A DNA stretch of 64,000 bases from Balanoglossus misakiensis (taxonomy: Eukaryota; Animalia; Hemichordata), in contig CM082590.2 in NCBI GenBank assembly GCA_040954595.2, forward strand, positions 10,256,088-10,320,087, read 5' to 3'. Below the pieces are notes generated by a model. It had not been told where the DNA came from and searched no databases. It worked only from the letters and a program-made list of their open reading frames with translations. This document shows positions 1 to 15,000 of this stretch, piece after piece; the first letter of the stretch is position 1; the number at the start of each line of letters is the position of its first letter. The position numbers and the translations under genes were made by a program.

Positions 1-619
1 ACTGGGAATGCATACCCAGTGTTGCTATGGAGACGTGTACTCTTTGTCTCCAAATACACAGTGATAATGACAGTAGACATAGTGAGATTTGACCTGCAGT
101 TTTCAGTGAAATAACATGTTCCTAGGTATATTTGGAATCAGAAGGCGAGCTTTAAGCCATTGAGCGAAGGCAACTTGTAACCCCAGAAATATTATAAGGC
201 TGAAAGTTGAACGACTGTGGACATAAGTGGTGTTGACACGTTTATGCTTTTATAGTTAAACAGTGCCGGGTTGTATTTGAGACGCATGTCATCAAAGTTC
301 ACTAAGTGTCTACATGACTGCAAGTGCACACAAAGGGTGGTTTGCCGCTTTATTTATCGACTGAAGATAACACAAAATGGGTTTGCGGAGGAAAAGTTTG
401 CATAGGGACAAGTCATTGAGGGCATTGTCGTAAATTATTATTTTATTGAAACAGAAGCATTTTCTCCTTTGGCCCTTAGATCTCCTATTCGGCGATCCCA
501 ATCTCAAGTTAAAGAGGTAAGATGACTTGAATTTTCACTGATCGAGGTGAGCAGGAACTGATACAGGTAAGGCGATCAGGTGACTGATATATTTGTCTTG
601 TGAGTGAAACCTTCCTCTT

Positions 620-711
620 TCTCTGTCTGTCTCTCTCAGCTCTCTCTCTCCCCTCTCCCCCTTTCTGTCTCTGTCTGTCTGTCTGTCTGTCTCTGTCTCT
701 GTCTCTCTGTC

Positions 712-808
<97 letters not shown>
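620..808. repeat. (CTGT)n/(CT)n microsatellite
   Basis: Visible CT and CTGT runs; explains the low-complexity ORFs at 600-959 and 604-810. Confidence 0.95.
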
Positions 809-2100
809 GACTAACTCTTTCTTTCTCTCAACACTTTATTTAATCTCCACTAACTCTCATCGACTATATCTGATTATATGTCGGACACCGTTACCTATAA
901 ATTTTTCATCACATGTAAAGTTCAATTCTATCTTTAGCAAATATTTAAACGTCTTATGAACATTTTATCGCTCTTTGTAGAAAACACAATCATGGACGCT
1001 ATCACAACGTATTAAGCACGAGCGGTCACGATCCCTGTTCGTGTTTCTTTTTCACGATTGCAGCGACAGGGTGATTGATGTCTGTGTTGCAATAAGTAAA
1101 CATTACACCTAGGTTTGTCAGATTGATGGCAGGTCACTCCAACTACGGCTAGTGCTTCTCGACGGTAAAATGGAAGTCAAAACTTTGAGACAGCTGCAGG
1201 CTTCAATGGGTTTGATACTGCATTTGTACAATGTAACAAAATTATGAAAGCTCGGAGCAGCGCGGCGCCATCAACTTCACTATTCATCAGTTGTTACATT
1301 GTGGTCCTTTTCTGTTACATTTTTGGTCATTTGTGTTACATTTTAATCATTTGTGTTAATTTGTGTTATAATTTTTGTAATTTTTATTACATTTTGGTCA
1401 TTTATGTCTCCCTCAGTGTCGTGTTATTACTTCATAGTTGTTTTTCTATTTCATATTTTCCGTGTCTGTTTTCTAAGCTTTATATTGCACTTATGCTTCT
1501 TTTACATGCATGCTGTAATAAATGGAACCAGGACCCGGACGTAAATACTCATTGTGTTGATTGATAACTTTACAATGTTTGAATAAGAAAGTAGGACAAT
1601 GGGCTTTAATCTTAAACGCCCTCTCTGGAATTGGACTGTTGCCGACATATTTTGGAGAGTCGAATAAAACTCCCTACTTTATTGAGATATGTCTTGGAGT
1701 TTCTTTAATCGAGTTTACGAGTGATGTTTGTGTGTAAACATGTATTTACGGCGAAGACTTTGCATTAGAGATTACATGTAAAGGGCTCGACATGGTTGAA
1801 CACGGAGATAGTTGTATGGAACGTGAACGCTCAGACATGTTTGGCACAATAAACATGATAAACGTGTGTGTGCATGTGAAGAATCCACCACCACCACCAC
1901 CACCACCGTCATCATTGGAGAAAACGACATGGAAAAGGACATTGAAATACTCCGAGTATTTGTTTATTGTACTTTGTATTTGCATACGTTTTCACTTATT
2001 TTTGTTTGTCTGTCACACGGAGATATAAACCGTAAGTACCTCCCTTACATTATAAAAAGTAGTTGCATATATTGACGTTGGTGGCGATATACAGACTTAA

Positions 2101-2210
2101 AGGCACATAAAGTTGCAACTAGATAAAAAAAAATAATAATCCCGTATATGCTTTGTATTATGTCTATTAAATAATATTTCATGATAGTAAAAGTTGCGTC
2201 TTATGTGCCT
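2101..2210. mobile_element. Short Kolobok-type MITE
   Basis: TTAA|AGGCACATAA...TTATGTGCCT|TTAA: terminal inverted repeats with AG..CT termini and a TTAA target-site duplication, the Kolobok signature. Confidence 0.65.
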
Positions 2211-3044
2211 TTAAAACTGTAAAAGCAGGCGCCGGTTGCCAGATCTTAGCTCAACCAGCACTTGTGTATATGATGATACAGATATATTAAATATAAATAA
2301 TAGAATGTAGACCAACTTGACAACCATGTCATGCACAGTGAGAAGTGTTTTGTATAAAGTTGTTTAAAACGGTTCATGGACCCAGTGGAGATTTTAAAAG
2401 TAGCACTTCTGAGTATAGTTAAAAGAAAACAACCAATAAAATACCCACCGTATCTTATCAACCGAACGTGAGAAAAATTCAATCAACATTCTTGAAAATT
2501 GAATTCAAACCAGTTATTCCAGTTCATAGTGTTGCAATTTGCTGTATCAGCAGAGACCAGCGGGCAAGCGATAATTGATACAACTTACTAAACTGTAACA
2601 ACGTATGGGGGGGGGGGGATTGGCTTTAATTGTTACTTTGTACTTTAAATCATAGACAGTCTGTCTATGTTTAGCTGTAGAATATCCTTTGAGTCAGCCA
2701 TGTGTCCTCAGAACGCTTTGTTTCATTTGTTACAATTTAATGAAAATCATCTCAAATGTCGCCTTATCAGTTTGGATTAGGTCTCCTCTATGTCTGTTTC
2801 ATTCAATGAATTGCTACTCATTTATTTTGCCTGTAACAATTCAAACACAGCACTTTAGACAAGCGGAACACTGGCTATTTTCAGCGTTCTACATGGACTG
2901 AAACAATTGGGTAAATATATATATTTTTACGAGTTAGTAAACAACTTCATTCATTCACGCCAGTGTCGAGGAAAAGCTCTCCCCTGATTGGTTGCGACCT
3001 GTGACCTTTCACCTCATGAATATTCATTGGTCGGATCACGTATC

Positions 3045-6000
3045 ATGGCCGACGCAGCGTACCATAAAATAACACAGGAACTCGCAGAATCGAGAGATTT
3101 CCCGTCTGACAGCGAAGAGGAGGCGTTTCATGACTTGGATATGGAAGGTATAGGAGTCGGTGATGTCTCACAGCCTAAATCTGGACACTATGAACGTCTA
3201 GAACCCGATTCAGCACCACCGGCGAAATCGTGGACGAAATTGACAGCAGTGACTGTGATATCCCTTGTTGTTATTGCCATCATCATACTGGCTGTTGTCG
3301 CCGCTGTGGTTCCTCGTGAACAAGAGAAATTCCCGTACTCTGATATACGTCTTCCAAAAGATATCATGCCAGAGACTTACGATATATTCTTGCATCCTAA
3401 CCTAACCACTCAAGAATTTACTGGCAGTGTGGAAATCACTATACGAGTCGCTAAAGCCACGTCGGTCATTTTACTTCACATGCAAAAACTAAGTCTTACT
3501 GAAACCCCGGAAGTCAAACAGGTTGTCGGCAAACGAGATACAGTATCGACAAGTATCAACGTTGCAAAGACTTTAACAGACGAGGACTTGCACATGTTGT
3601 ACATAGGTTTGACAGATACACTGCAAGAGGGGAACAAGTACTCCCTGACATTGAACTTCAAAGGAGATCTTTCTGGTGGGTTGAGTGGGTTCTACAAAAG
3701 TCGGTACAAGACATCGACAGGAGAAGAAAGGTAAGATGCCAGGGTGTAACTTAAACTTATCCATATATCGTATTTTAATCGATTTGATAACAAGAACTAC
3801 ACGCAAACTTTCTTGGACGGCCCCGCCCCCTTTCTTGAACGACCACGCCCCCTTTTTGAAACGACCACGCCCACTTCCTTGAACAACTCCGTCCCAACGT
3901 ACAAGTACATCCTGTCATCGGCCCTTGATACACACACTATCTCGACAACTTTTTCTCTAAACTACACCCATGAAAACTTAGCTACAGGTACCATGGCAAC
4001 TGCTAATTTACATATGCCCATATATGGTTAAAAGGACATGTTAGTCTTCAAATGACCATATGGTGGCATACTCTTTTTCTTGGCCACCCTGTGGATAATT
4101 TTCCTTGGCTATTTCTGATCAATTCATGGTAACTGACAGCTAAATTTCTATGGGTGACCCAGTTGTGTCACCAAGGTGTTTTACTGACCATAAATTTTCA
4201 TGGATGACCATACCTATAAAGTAATTATTGTTTGTAATTGGATATGATTGCTATTATTTTAATCATAGTAAATTTTCAGATGTAATTCAAAACATAAATA
4301 GCACAGCTGAATGACTGTTATTAAATCATAGAATAATAACAGCAGGCACCAACATCAGTTTAATTTGGTGCAAAATGATCATTATGATTAGTTTGTCAAA
4401 TGTTAGCCTTTTGAATGTAACATTAAAGGGACAAAGTCTCTCTCTTGCTGCCCTTTTTTTTCCATTAATTATATTTGATACAAGACAACGTTTGTTATTC
4501 TACATGTGGATATATAGTGAATGAACGTTCAACCACACACAACTTCCATCCCTCTTATAGACAGGAGAGTGAAAAAACTCGCCAAAATGAATAATCGTTC
4601 TTTACCATTTATTCATTTTGGGCGAGTTTTTACTCTCATATCATACAAGTGGGATGGACGTTTTGTGTGGTTGATCATTGATTCACTATATATCCACATT
4701 TACATTAACATAAATGGTGTCTTGTATCAAGCATAATTAATGGGAAAAGGGGCAGCTGGAGAGAGTCTTTGTCCCTTTAACATACTGGAATTTCTCATTG
4801 CAAACTGCCATATGGTTGAATGAGGAACAGTTTTAATAAATCTTGTATGACTGGCCTCGTAGCTTGACAGATGTCAATGTTGAATTATTATAAATTAGTC
4901 TTTTAAACATTATACCCTACAGATATGAGATTCATTTTTGCAAAAATGCCATTAGTGTCGGACAGGGTCGGCTTAATAAGTCGCACATGTTCATAAATTA
5001 AAGAAATAAGAAAAAATGTAAAATCAATCAACAAAAGTTAAAATTTGACAATATTCTGCCTGTTGTTCTGGGGCCAAGTAGTGTAGCAAAAAATGTACAA
5101 AAATAAATAGATATGCAAACAATTGCTTCGGGCACTGAAAGTGGGACACAATACATTTAGAACTCCATATAGTTATTTATATTTTATAGACTCGTACAGT
5201 TGGCATATGTTTCCTCTAAAGAGTTTTACCTTAGAAAATGAAGGATTCGGCCAAACTATGGTGGTGAAAAGGTTAAAGGAAGAGTTTATTGTGCAACAAT
5301 ATTTTTTTGTTAATTATAAGCAATAGTCAGGCCATGATGAAGTAAGAGACTCCCTTCTTATACAAAAATGGATGTCAATATCTCTTTAACAGAATAATTT
5401 AGCGTTGTATATTGTTCTCTTTTGATTCATATATTCATGCATGACCACTAATAGGATTTTAGCATACTCAAACTAGGTGTACATTATTCAGCCAAGCAGT
5501 TCAGGTGTTTTTCAGCTAGGTCCTTATAGGTGTTTTATGGTACTAAAAGACTTAGTGGATAAAAATACGGACCAGGCAGCTCAGATGTTTTTATCATGAC
5601 TATGTTTGTAGCCATAACGAGACACATGTGGTTTATATGGCTGTATATGCTTGAGTCTGTTTGCCTAGGCAACTGCCCGATGCTTGTTTGCAAACTGGCA
5701 AGTCTGTCTTTGACATGGGTGTGTTTGCACAATCGTCAAGGCAATCTGAGCAGAAGTGAATGATTTTTGCAATATTAAGGCTGTGGTGTTGACGTGGCAA
5801 CTCAGACTGTGGGAGAGAAAAAATGTGGGCAACGTTTTAAATTATAATACGGTAACCGTGACAGTGATTGTGAAGGCTAAGCTTCAATAGCGTTTTGTGT
5901 ACATTTATTTTTTTAACATGCAAGTTTGGTTTATGTAAATTTATGAGATAATTCTTGTTTGGTCAAACAAGTCTCCCTTTCATTCTCTTAAATGTTGATT

Positions 6001-9000
6001 CGCAAATGGCTAGCCGCGTTGTAAACAAATCGCAGTATTGAATTTAGAAGGAAAAACCCTGAGTTTTGTTAACTGAAACATCGTCAAGAGATGCCATATG
6101 CTTGTAACTGGGAAAGAGGATTGTTAAACTGAATTTGAATTGCGGCTTTGGTAGAAAAATAATCTACCACTCAAGCCTGTATTATTCTGAACTAAAAAAA
6201 GGTTGTTCATTACTAGTTAAAGTGTCGTATGATATAACATACCAGTACATCTTTCTATGAAATTCTTCATAAATTACACCATATGTTGCTATAACCACCT
6301 CCAAGCGTTTTGTTATGATTTCTATAATTCAGTCCAAACCACTGAGAGAAAACAAGGCTGTAGAATTTCAATAATTTGTTTGAAAATTGCCGCTTATATT
6401 TCAAGCATTTAAGTGCACATATTTTGCAAACTGTACATACCTGTTAGATATTCCTGAACCGTTTCATTCAAAAGGGTTAATTACAAATAAGCGCATATGT
6501 GTTGCTGCGGCAATATTTAATGTATACTTCTTTTTGAAAATTATGGTTTACTATACATGTACCAACTGAACAACTCATCATTTCTATTGCAAACAAAAAA
6601 ATTAAAAACCAAATAAATGTTGTAGTTCGATGAGGAGACAAGCGTCGGGTTTCAAATGTTGTACTTGAAAATGGACTTATAATCATGGCTACGTTTATCT
6701 ATGGTAATATGTTTTTTTTGGTCTTGCCGCAATCATTCTTTACAACTCTGCATGTACGTACATGTAAACACAACTCATAAAAACCCAATGTGACATCAGT
6801 GACAAGGCCTGTTTTTCAGTTTTCGAGGCTGTGTGTACCGAGCAATATGTCCGTTACACTGCAAACATATCCTCAGAAATCGCAACCTGTGAATTGCAAG
6901 AATAATACAGGGTGTCTATATACTGGTAGAGTTAACGACTCATTCCAGTAAAATAAATAAGATTTATGTAGCTGTGATGGTTTCAGGGTCATTCTGACAA
7001 CATGTGCTGGTATTCTGTGGCATTTGGAGTCACGTTATGAGTGAACGTAAACATTTTTTTCATACAAATTAGCTGTGATGAATTGAAATGTATAATTTTT
7101 AAAATACTGAATTTAATGTTGCATACATGTACTTTTCTGATTCAAGTGAATTTCATCACAGCTATTTTGTATGAAAAAAGTTCATGTTTACTCATATATA
7201 AACAGGTGATTGGCTGATGTTGGTCACCTGCTTAATGCAAAATGGTTGAAAAAGTTTGACAGAAACCCATGACGTCACACACGTCTGAAGAGCGGAAGTT
7301 ATTAACATAAGAGGCACAGCATCTCCTAGGGCTGTAACTTTTGCAAGCCGAAAGTGCTTTAGGATATATAATATCCCAGAAGAGAAAAGTTCTGTTATCT
7401 GTAGAATACACACTGTGGTGACAGGTTGCGTTCTATTTCAACCATTCAATCAAAATCAAAATGACAGCCGTTAAGTGGACATCTAGGGTCTTGTAAATGT
7501 AGTTCTGCATATTCGCTTACTGAGCTCTCCTCTGGGCAGCCTGATGATCTCCGAATCACAGGGTTACTAAAGTTGCTATGTTCAAAGACTCTTGTTATTG
7601 TGAAATGTGAAATATGACTGACTCGCACCAACAGGAGTGAGTGCCAAGATGTGAGGTCACGCTGAGGTCATGTTAATAATCCATAATCTTACTTCATACT
7701 TGCAGAATGTGACATAACCCTTTCTTGTCTCTTGTGCCTTCTGCAGGCCACGGAAGCTATTATCACAAGTGGTGTATCATATCCTAGGGCAGTACTGTTA
7801 AAATGCGTCAACTCCACCACTTGGTGTAAAACTAAAAGCAACTTCGGAAGATAGTTCATATCACATTCAGGAAGAGAATTCCTTATTTGACAGTGTGTGA
7901 TAAAGATGATACATAACAGACACATCTCATCAGTATGAGAGATGATTCACACTCTGTTCATAACTGTTTGAAGTTGTTACATTCTGCATTTTTCACTCCC
8001 AAAATTTCTGATACAATCAATTTGTTTAATTTTTAACGAATTTTCCAAATGAATCACACCCTATTTGATATCGTTTCCATATCATTGCCTTTAGGCTTAT
8101 CATTATATCATTATGACTTAACTGCTTCTATCATTACAAAATATTTACTTGCAAGTAAACATTTGTCATACATAATTATGTTTTTCTGACAGCTTTTTAT
8201 AAAGTGCAGTTCTAATATACATTATGCAGTTTCTAAATGTGTTATGAAATTCTCATGAAGTTTAATTGAAAGCTAATTACCTACAGGCCCTAATCAAATA
8301 CATGTACCCGTTTTCTGACAGAAATGACAGGCTATGAATATATAATTACCGGAATGCGAAACACAATATGTATAACCTGTCATTCAATTTATGTTGTTAA
8401 AGGCCTATTATAATCCGACCCTTGACATTGCAGTTGTTACGGCAAACTGAATTTATGTGTTCATTTACTGACTCGGATACAGCAATATGGTGATTTGATT
8501 AATTGATGAAAAAAGTCTAAAAGAGAGTGACTTTGTCCCTTTAAATAACCCTTTCACTGCCATGGTTAAGTCCAAACCCATTGTTTCTAGGGTACGGTTG
8601 GACCTCTAAAGAGAGAACTGGGGGGTAAAACAGTTAAAGGGTGGTTGTATACATGTATATTTACCCGGGGCTATTACTATTTTGGGATGTGAGTCATTTT
8701 GTTTTAAACATAGCCTGAATATTCAATTGAAAGCAAATCTAAAGGGTTCTATTTTTCTAAATTTATCACAGTTTTCAGAAGAAAAATTGAATAGTTATAA
8801 ATTATCCATTCCATTTAAAATGGAATTTTTTTACATGAAATGCTCCTGTTTTACAGTAAACGATGCATATCAGCATGTCCTATGGTGTCTGACATGAAGT
8901 TCATCTTATTAATTTTAAGAGTGCAATATTATAAATGTGTTGGTTGAAAAGTATTAAAATAATGTATGGTTTTAAAGGCTTTTTCGCATTTCTGATGATT

Positions 9001-12000
9001 GAGTTTTGAGCGTATGATTGATTGTACAAGCTGTTACATTCGCTGGTATATAACATGAATTTTTTCGATGAATTCGCCCATTTCCATGTTAACTCCATTT
9101 CTCACATATGCACTACCTCATTCCTGTGCCCATTTTAATTTCCTACCTTGCCAACAAACACATTTTTGCCAATTTGTCTTCAACCAAACGTAATTTAATA
9201 TTAGTCTGATATCATGTATCGCTCAGTCCTTGAAAGGGTACTGCAGGTTATTAGTTAAGATTAGAAAATTAATTTCTGTCTCAGTTGAAGAGTAACCACT
9301 TAGGGAAGAACCATTTGATTTCTGGGGCGAGGGGGTGGATGGAGAATTTTTTGGGAAAATTAATTTGCTGGCAGATGAGATCAGACCGGAACAGCAACCA
9401 GTTATATTTACTTTTCCTTCTACTGGATCACAAAAGGCACACTCTTTCCCTTTCAACTGTATGTATATTATTTCACCCAATCCTCTGTCAATTCTTTAGT
9501 GCTTACTTTTGATGTTCTTTAGGCTGTCTAAGTACATATGAGTTTTACTACATTTTTACTTTATGATACTTAATGTTTTCACTTGGTTGTTCTCCAAATT
9601 ACAGACTCATCGCAACAACTCAATTCGAACCAACTGACGCCAGAAGAGCCTTCCCATGTTTCGATGAACCTGCTTTCAAGGCAACCTTCACAATGTCCAT
9701 TGTCCATGACAAGGACCACATCGCTCTCTTCAACATGCCCTTACTGTCTACAGAGAAATATAAAGACACAGATCTGAAGCTGGATAAGTTTGATACAACG
9801 CTGAAAATGAGCACGTATCTCATTGCTTTTATTGTTTGCGATTTCAAGTACAAGGAATTAACTACTACTTCAGGCATAAAGGTGAGTCTACCAGTCTTTT
9901 AACCCCTGTGAGTTTTGGTTGTTACAATCAAAACAGTTTCAGTTGCACAAAAGGAATGTAGTGCCCATCATTTTTTTTCGATAAACACTGTAAAAAGAAA
10001 CACTTTGTGTTCTTTCCCATTCAAGGCAAAAATGAAAAGCCACCTGTGATAACAATGTATCAACTTCAACAAAACAGAACCGAATTTCTTCCCTGAGGTC
10101 AACACATGTCTTTGTTAGATTTGCAACAATTTATACAATAATGTATCTTTTCAACTGAGACTGGCAACAATTTATCAATTTGTTTCTGATGAATAAAATC
10201 AATGGTATGTACATTCCTTCTGTGCAGCTCAATCCGTTTTCATTGTAACATAGTTCTGTTGATGGACATTTATTAAAACCACATAGCTGCATGTTCTGCA
10301 AGCACAAATAGAGAAATAGTGATATGCACCATGTTGTATAGTTGATGTGTTTTCATCATAATTCCATTCCTTTAATGTTCTCCTCTTTAGGTTCGTGTCT
10401 ATGCAGCGGAAGATCACATCAGCGAGGCAGAATTTGCAGTTGATGCTGGAGCTAAAATTATTTCACACTATGAAGATTTTTTTCAAGTTCCGTATCCACT
10501 ACCTAAACAAGGTAAAGAACCTCAAATTTTTCATTTAACCCTTTGACCACCATGTGTTTATCCAAATCCATTGTTTCCTGTGGTAAACTTGGACTGCTGA
10601 GAAGGGTGAAAGCGTTAACAAACACTTGAACATTACAAATTAAGTTATGAATGCTGCAATTTTCACTGATATTTTTTGCTTTTCTCTTCCATGCAGATAT
10701 GGTTGCAATTCCTGATTTTTCCGCTGGTGCGATGGAAAACTGGGGCTTGATCACATACAGGGAGACAGCTATACTCTACAAAGATGGTGTTTCATCGGAC
10801 CACGATTTGCAATGGGTCGGAATTGTTATTGCCCATGAACTTGCTCATCAGGTAAGACTCGAAAGAGACAGTGTTGATAGATGGTTTTCCGCTCATTATG
10901 GGATCTTGCAAGACTTGATGAATTGCCATAGAACTTCTTAAATGATCACGCCAGCTACAACTAATACAGAATGTCTGCTTCTGTTTTCCAGTGGTTTGGG
11001 AACCTAGTAACCATGGAATGGTGGAATGACCTTTGGCTGAACGAGGGATTTGCCAGTTATGTGGAATACATCGGCACCAATTACATCCAACCAGAGTGGA
11101 AAATGGTATGTTTTATTTTCCTTGAGTATACGCATTTTTATAAAGAGGGCACTCGTCCAAGATGACGTGAAAACAATGCCAGTAAACCACAGAGTAAAAA
11201 CTTTATCGTCTTGTGTATCGTCGCTATAGTTGGGAAGACGTTTGAGAGCCACATTTATTGTAAGGTAATTTTTACACGCAAATTGTATGATATATATACA
11301 ACAAACCAGACAAGCTCAAGCAGTCATCTGTGGCCTATACTGTCCTTGTTTTTACGTTGCCTGCTTGGAGATGATGCAATGTTTTGGAAGGGTGCCCTCT
11401 TTAAGAAATAGGCATATTGATGGGTATTTTTTCCTTCACATAGAATTTGTGTTCTCTGTGAAATGTTCTCTTCCAACCTTTAACCACTGTGCTAAGAATA
11501 AGAATAAGCGTTATCTAATGGTCGATATTCTTCGTGTGACTGTTTGTTTGCAGATGGATCAGTTTCTTCACTCGACATTGCAGCGAGCGCTTGTTTTGGA
11601 TGCTCTCAGCAACTCACATCCAATCTCTGTCCCAGTCTCCAATCCAGAACAAATCAATGAAATATTTGATGATATTTCATATGACAAGGTAGGTGTTTAC
11701 CAGTTGTGTGCCCTTTAAAACAATTCTTTGACCTTTGGTTTCCAGAAAGAATTTTGTCATCCCTGTCCAAAAGCATTCGCTGTATAATGAAGCAGTCTTG
11801 TAGTTAACAAGGAGCAGAACATATAAGTCAGTATAAAGATAAGCTAGCCATATATACACAACACAAACATATTTTAGCTATATTTGCATATGAGAATATT
11901 TTGAATAAACGTTCTCTTTGAAAACTTCTATTAATGATACTGGTATGCTACTTTTCTAGGGTGCGTCAATCATAAGAATGCTGGCCAACTACTTGACGGA

Positions 12001-15000
12001 CACTGTCTTTCAAAACGGGTTGACGTATTATCTGACAAACAACAGCTACGGTAATGCAAAGACAGATGACCTATGGGCTGCTCTGACGAAGGTGAGTTGA
12101 TGATTCCATCCTGTCACTGGGTAGACTTATTCTCAATGTCCTTAATAAGTTTTGATACAAAGGAATTTGTGTTTTATTTTTTTTATTTTTCTATCCACCA
12201 TGTAGTGGGTGAGATCACAATGACAGGATGAAAAACTCTTGGGTACATCATGGCCATGTCCGACTCTGACTTGTTGACTAAACTGTCATATTGTTCATCT
12301 TCCATTTCAGGCTGATGAAGGCCATGGAGATACGCAAGTCAAATCCTTGATGGACACATGGACCTTACAGATGGGGTATCCGGTTGTAACACTCACGAAA
12401 AATGGCAACAAAGTGACGGCAACTCAACAGAGGTTTCTGATTTACCCAGATGGAGAGCCATCAACTGAATACACATCTCCTTTCAAGTAAGTTTAAGATA
12501 GTGCAATGGTGCAGACAGATCATGTGACAGAATCCCCTGACAGGATTCAATAACCTGTCTTAAAAACCTGTCTATACTAAACACCCTATCCAGTCCCTTT
12601 CACATAAAACCTCACAAAGTCTCTCTCTCCCCCTGCCTATTATGTTTGATACAAGACAGTGCTTATGCTCTGTTATGTGTGGAGTGAATGAACGTTCAAC
12701 CACACACAACTTGTATCCTGCTTGTAGATACATGAGTAAAAATCTCACCAAAATGAATAAACGGTGTTTACCGTTTATTCAAGTGTGTGCTCACGCGTCT
12801 GGTAAACTTAAACATGCTCGCGCCCATAACTCACCGCGTCAGTACAAAAACGTCATCAGGCTCAGAAAACTACAGGTCAGATAAAACATTTCTCTCGGAA
12901 ACTCAACATTGGAATGAAATCAAATGGTGTTGTTAACACAACAGCGGGTCGCAAGTTCCAGATCCCGGTCTTGGTAGCGTTGTGTGCGCGCGCCTATATT
13001 CACTGTGTACATGTGGTGGTACCATAATCGACCCATGCTGATGTTTCAAGTCGGACTTCACTCGGCGATTTTACACTGCATGCCACTGAGCCAGGTTCAA
13101 ATCGCGCGTGCGGCCACATGTTAGTTCAAATCTATGCGCGAAGGATATTCTTCAAGCCGCATGTTGTCAACGTATGAATTACTAATTGATTTTGTGTAAG
13201 TATTTAATGGATCTTTATACTGTAAAACTCCAATTATCCGAACTGACAGGGGGACATTGATTTTGTTCGGATATGCAGACAGTTCAGTTATTCGGATTGT
13301 ATACAATAGAACTGTTTGGGGGACATGACAGCAGTTCGGATAACCAAACAATTCGGATAATTGGAGTTTTACTGTATCACAAAGAGAGACTCTAACAAAA
13401 CCTCCATTAACCAGACCCTTAAAAATCAAACAATATTCTAATTAGTGACATGCATTAATTTTCAAAAATTTATAAATCTGCCACTACCATGTGACAGATA
13501 TATTAACATTATACTAATTTTATTTTGCAGTTATGAATGGATCATACCATTTACATATATTTTGTCCGATGGCAGTACACAGTCTGTTTTGATAGACGCA
13601 CATTCAGGTAAGACATTCCCTCACCTCTGAAATACGCACAAAAGAGAAATGTCTTGTCCAAGCTTGCACGTGCAGTCCCAATCAATTGTTAAGTGAAATG
13701 AGGAACTGTAACGTTTATAAACAAACGCGGCACGACAACCCCGTCATTATCTTCTTTAATTCAATTTCCGATTTCTGTTTTTCAGTGGATATAACTTTGA
13801 CAGGTGATCCAACATGGATCAAAGGAAATACAAACTCAACTGGGTATTATCGTGTGAATTACGACACGAACAACTGGAATGCAATCATTCAGCAATTTAG
13901 AACAGATCACTCTGTGTTCAACTCAGCAGACAGAACATCTATAATTGACGACATCTTCCATCTGGCAAGGTATGCTACAGCTACCCCCACACACAAAAAA
14001 ATACAAGACACTGTTTATGTTATTCTACATGTGGATATATAGTGAATCAACTTTGACCACACACAACTGTTTGTAGGATATGAGAGTAAAAATTGAATAA
14101 ACAGTAAAGTCTACAAGTGTGCCCGGCGAGAGGTTCGCTACTCAACACCATATGGGGCTTCTCCTTTGCTAAATGGTTGAGGGCGCGTCAGTGAAGAGCC
14201 TTGTAGCAAACCGTGGGAGTGTGAGAGAGTCTAGATCTACTGTTGCATGCTAACACTGCTGTGTGTATTTACTTGTCTTACAGAGCTGGCCATGTGGGAC
14301 AAATAAAGGCTTTAGATTTTTCGTTGTACTTGACCGAAGAGAGGGATTATGTTCCCCTAGTAACTGCTATTGGTAACTTAAACTTTATCGGTGATGTTCT
14401 ACTAGGAATGGATGGATATACATTCTGGAAGGTAAGAGCATTGACTATAAAAATTTACATTTCTGCAGACGATCGCGATTCCATAAAAAGAACCTAAACA
14501 ATAAGTTTAAGATATTTTATGATGTTGAGTAGTATATATATGGTGTTATATTCATTCTTTGCGTTTGTTTCATTGCAGCAATACATGTTACAGCAGTTCA
14601 ATAACGTCATTGATGAAGTTGGATGGAACGACACAGGAACTCACATTGAAAAGTAAGAAAGTTTTAACCAAGCTGCAAGTTTACCTGCTGTACATTGTCG
14701 CAAACAATGTGATTGATACTTTGTATTACACTGTAGTGTAACTGCTACAATGTGCATCATTTTCAAACAATGTGATTGTTACTTTGTATCACATTGTATT
14801 GTATCTGCTACAATGTACATTGTTGCAAATGATGTGATTGCTACTTTGTATCTCACTATAGTGTAACTGCAACAATGTACATTGTTACAAACAGTGTGGT
14901 TGTTACTTTGTATTTCATTGAAATGTATCTCCTACATCATTATGTCTCTGTATTTGTCTTCAAAAGGTTCAGGCGAGCGGCACTTTTGCAAGTGGCTTTC

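Noticed and set aside
455-1112. Possible small + strand exons (455-516 and from 981) of an upstream gene
   Set aside because: Splice signals are plausible but the translation has no recognisable homology; cannot be supported without transcripts.
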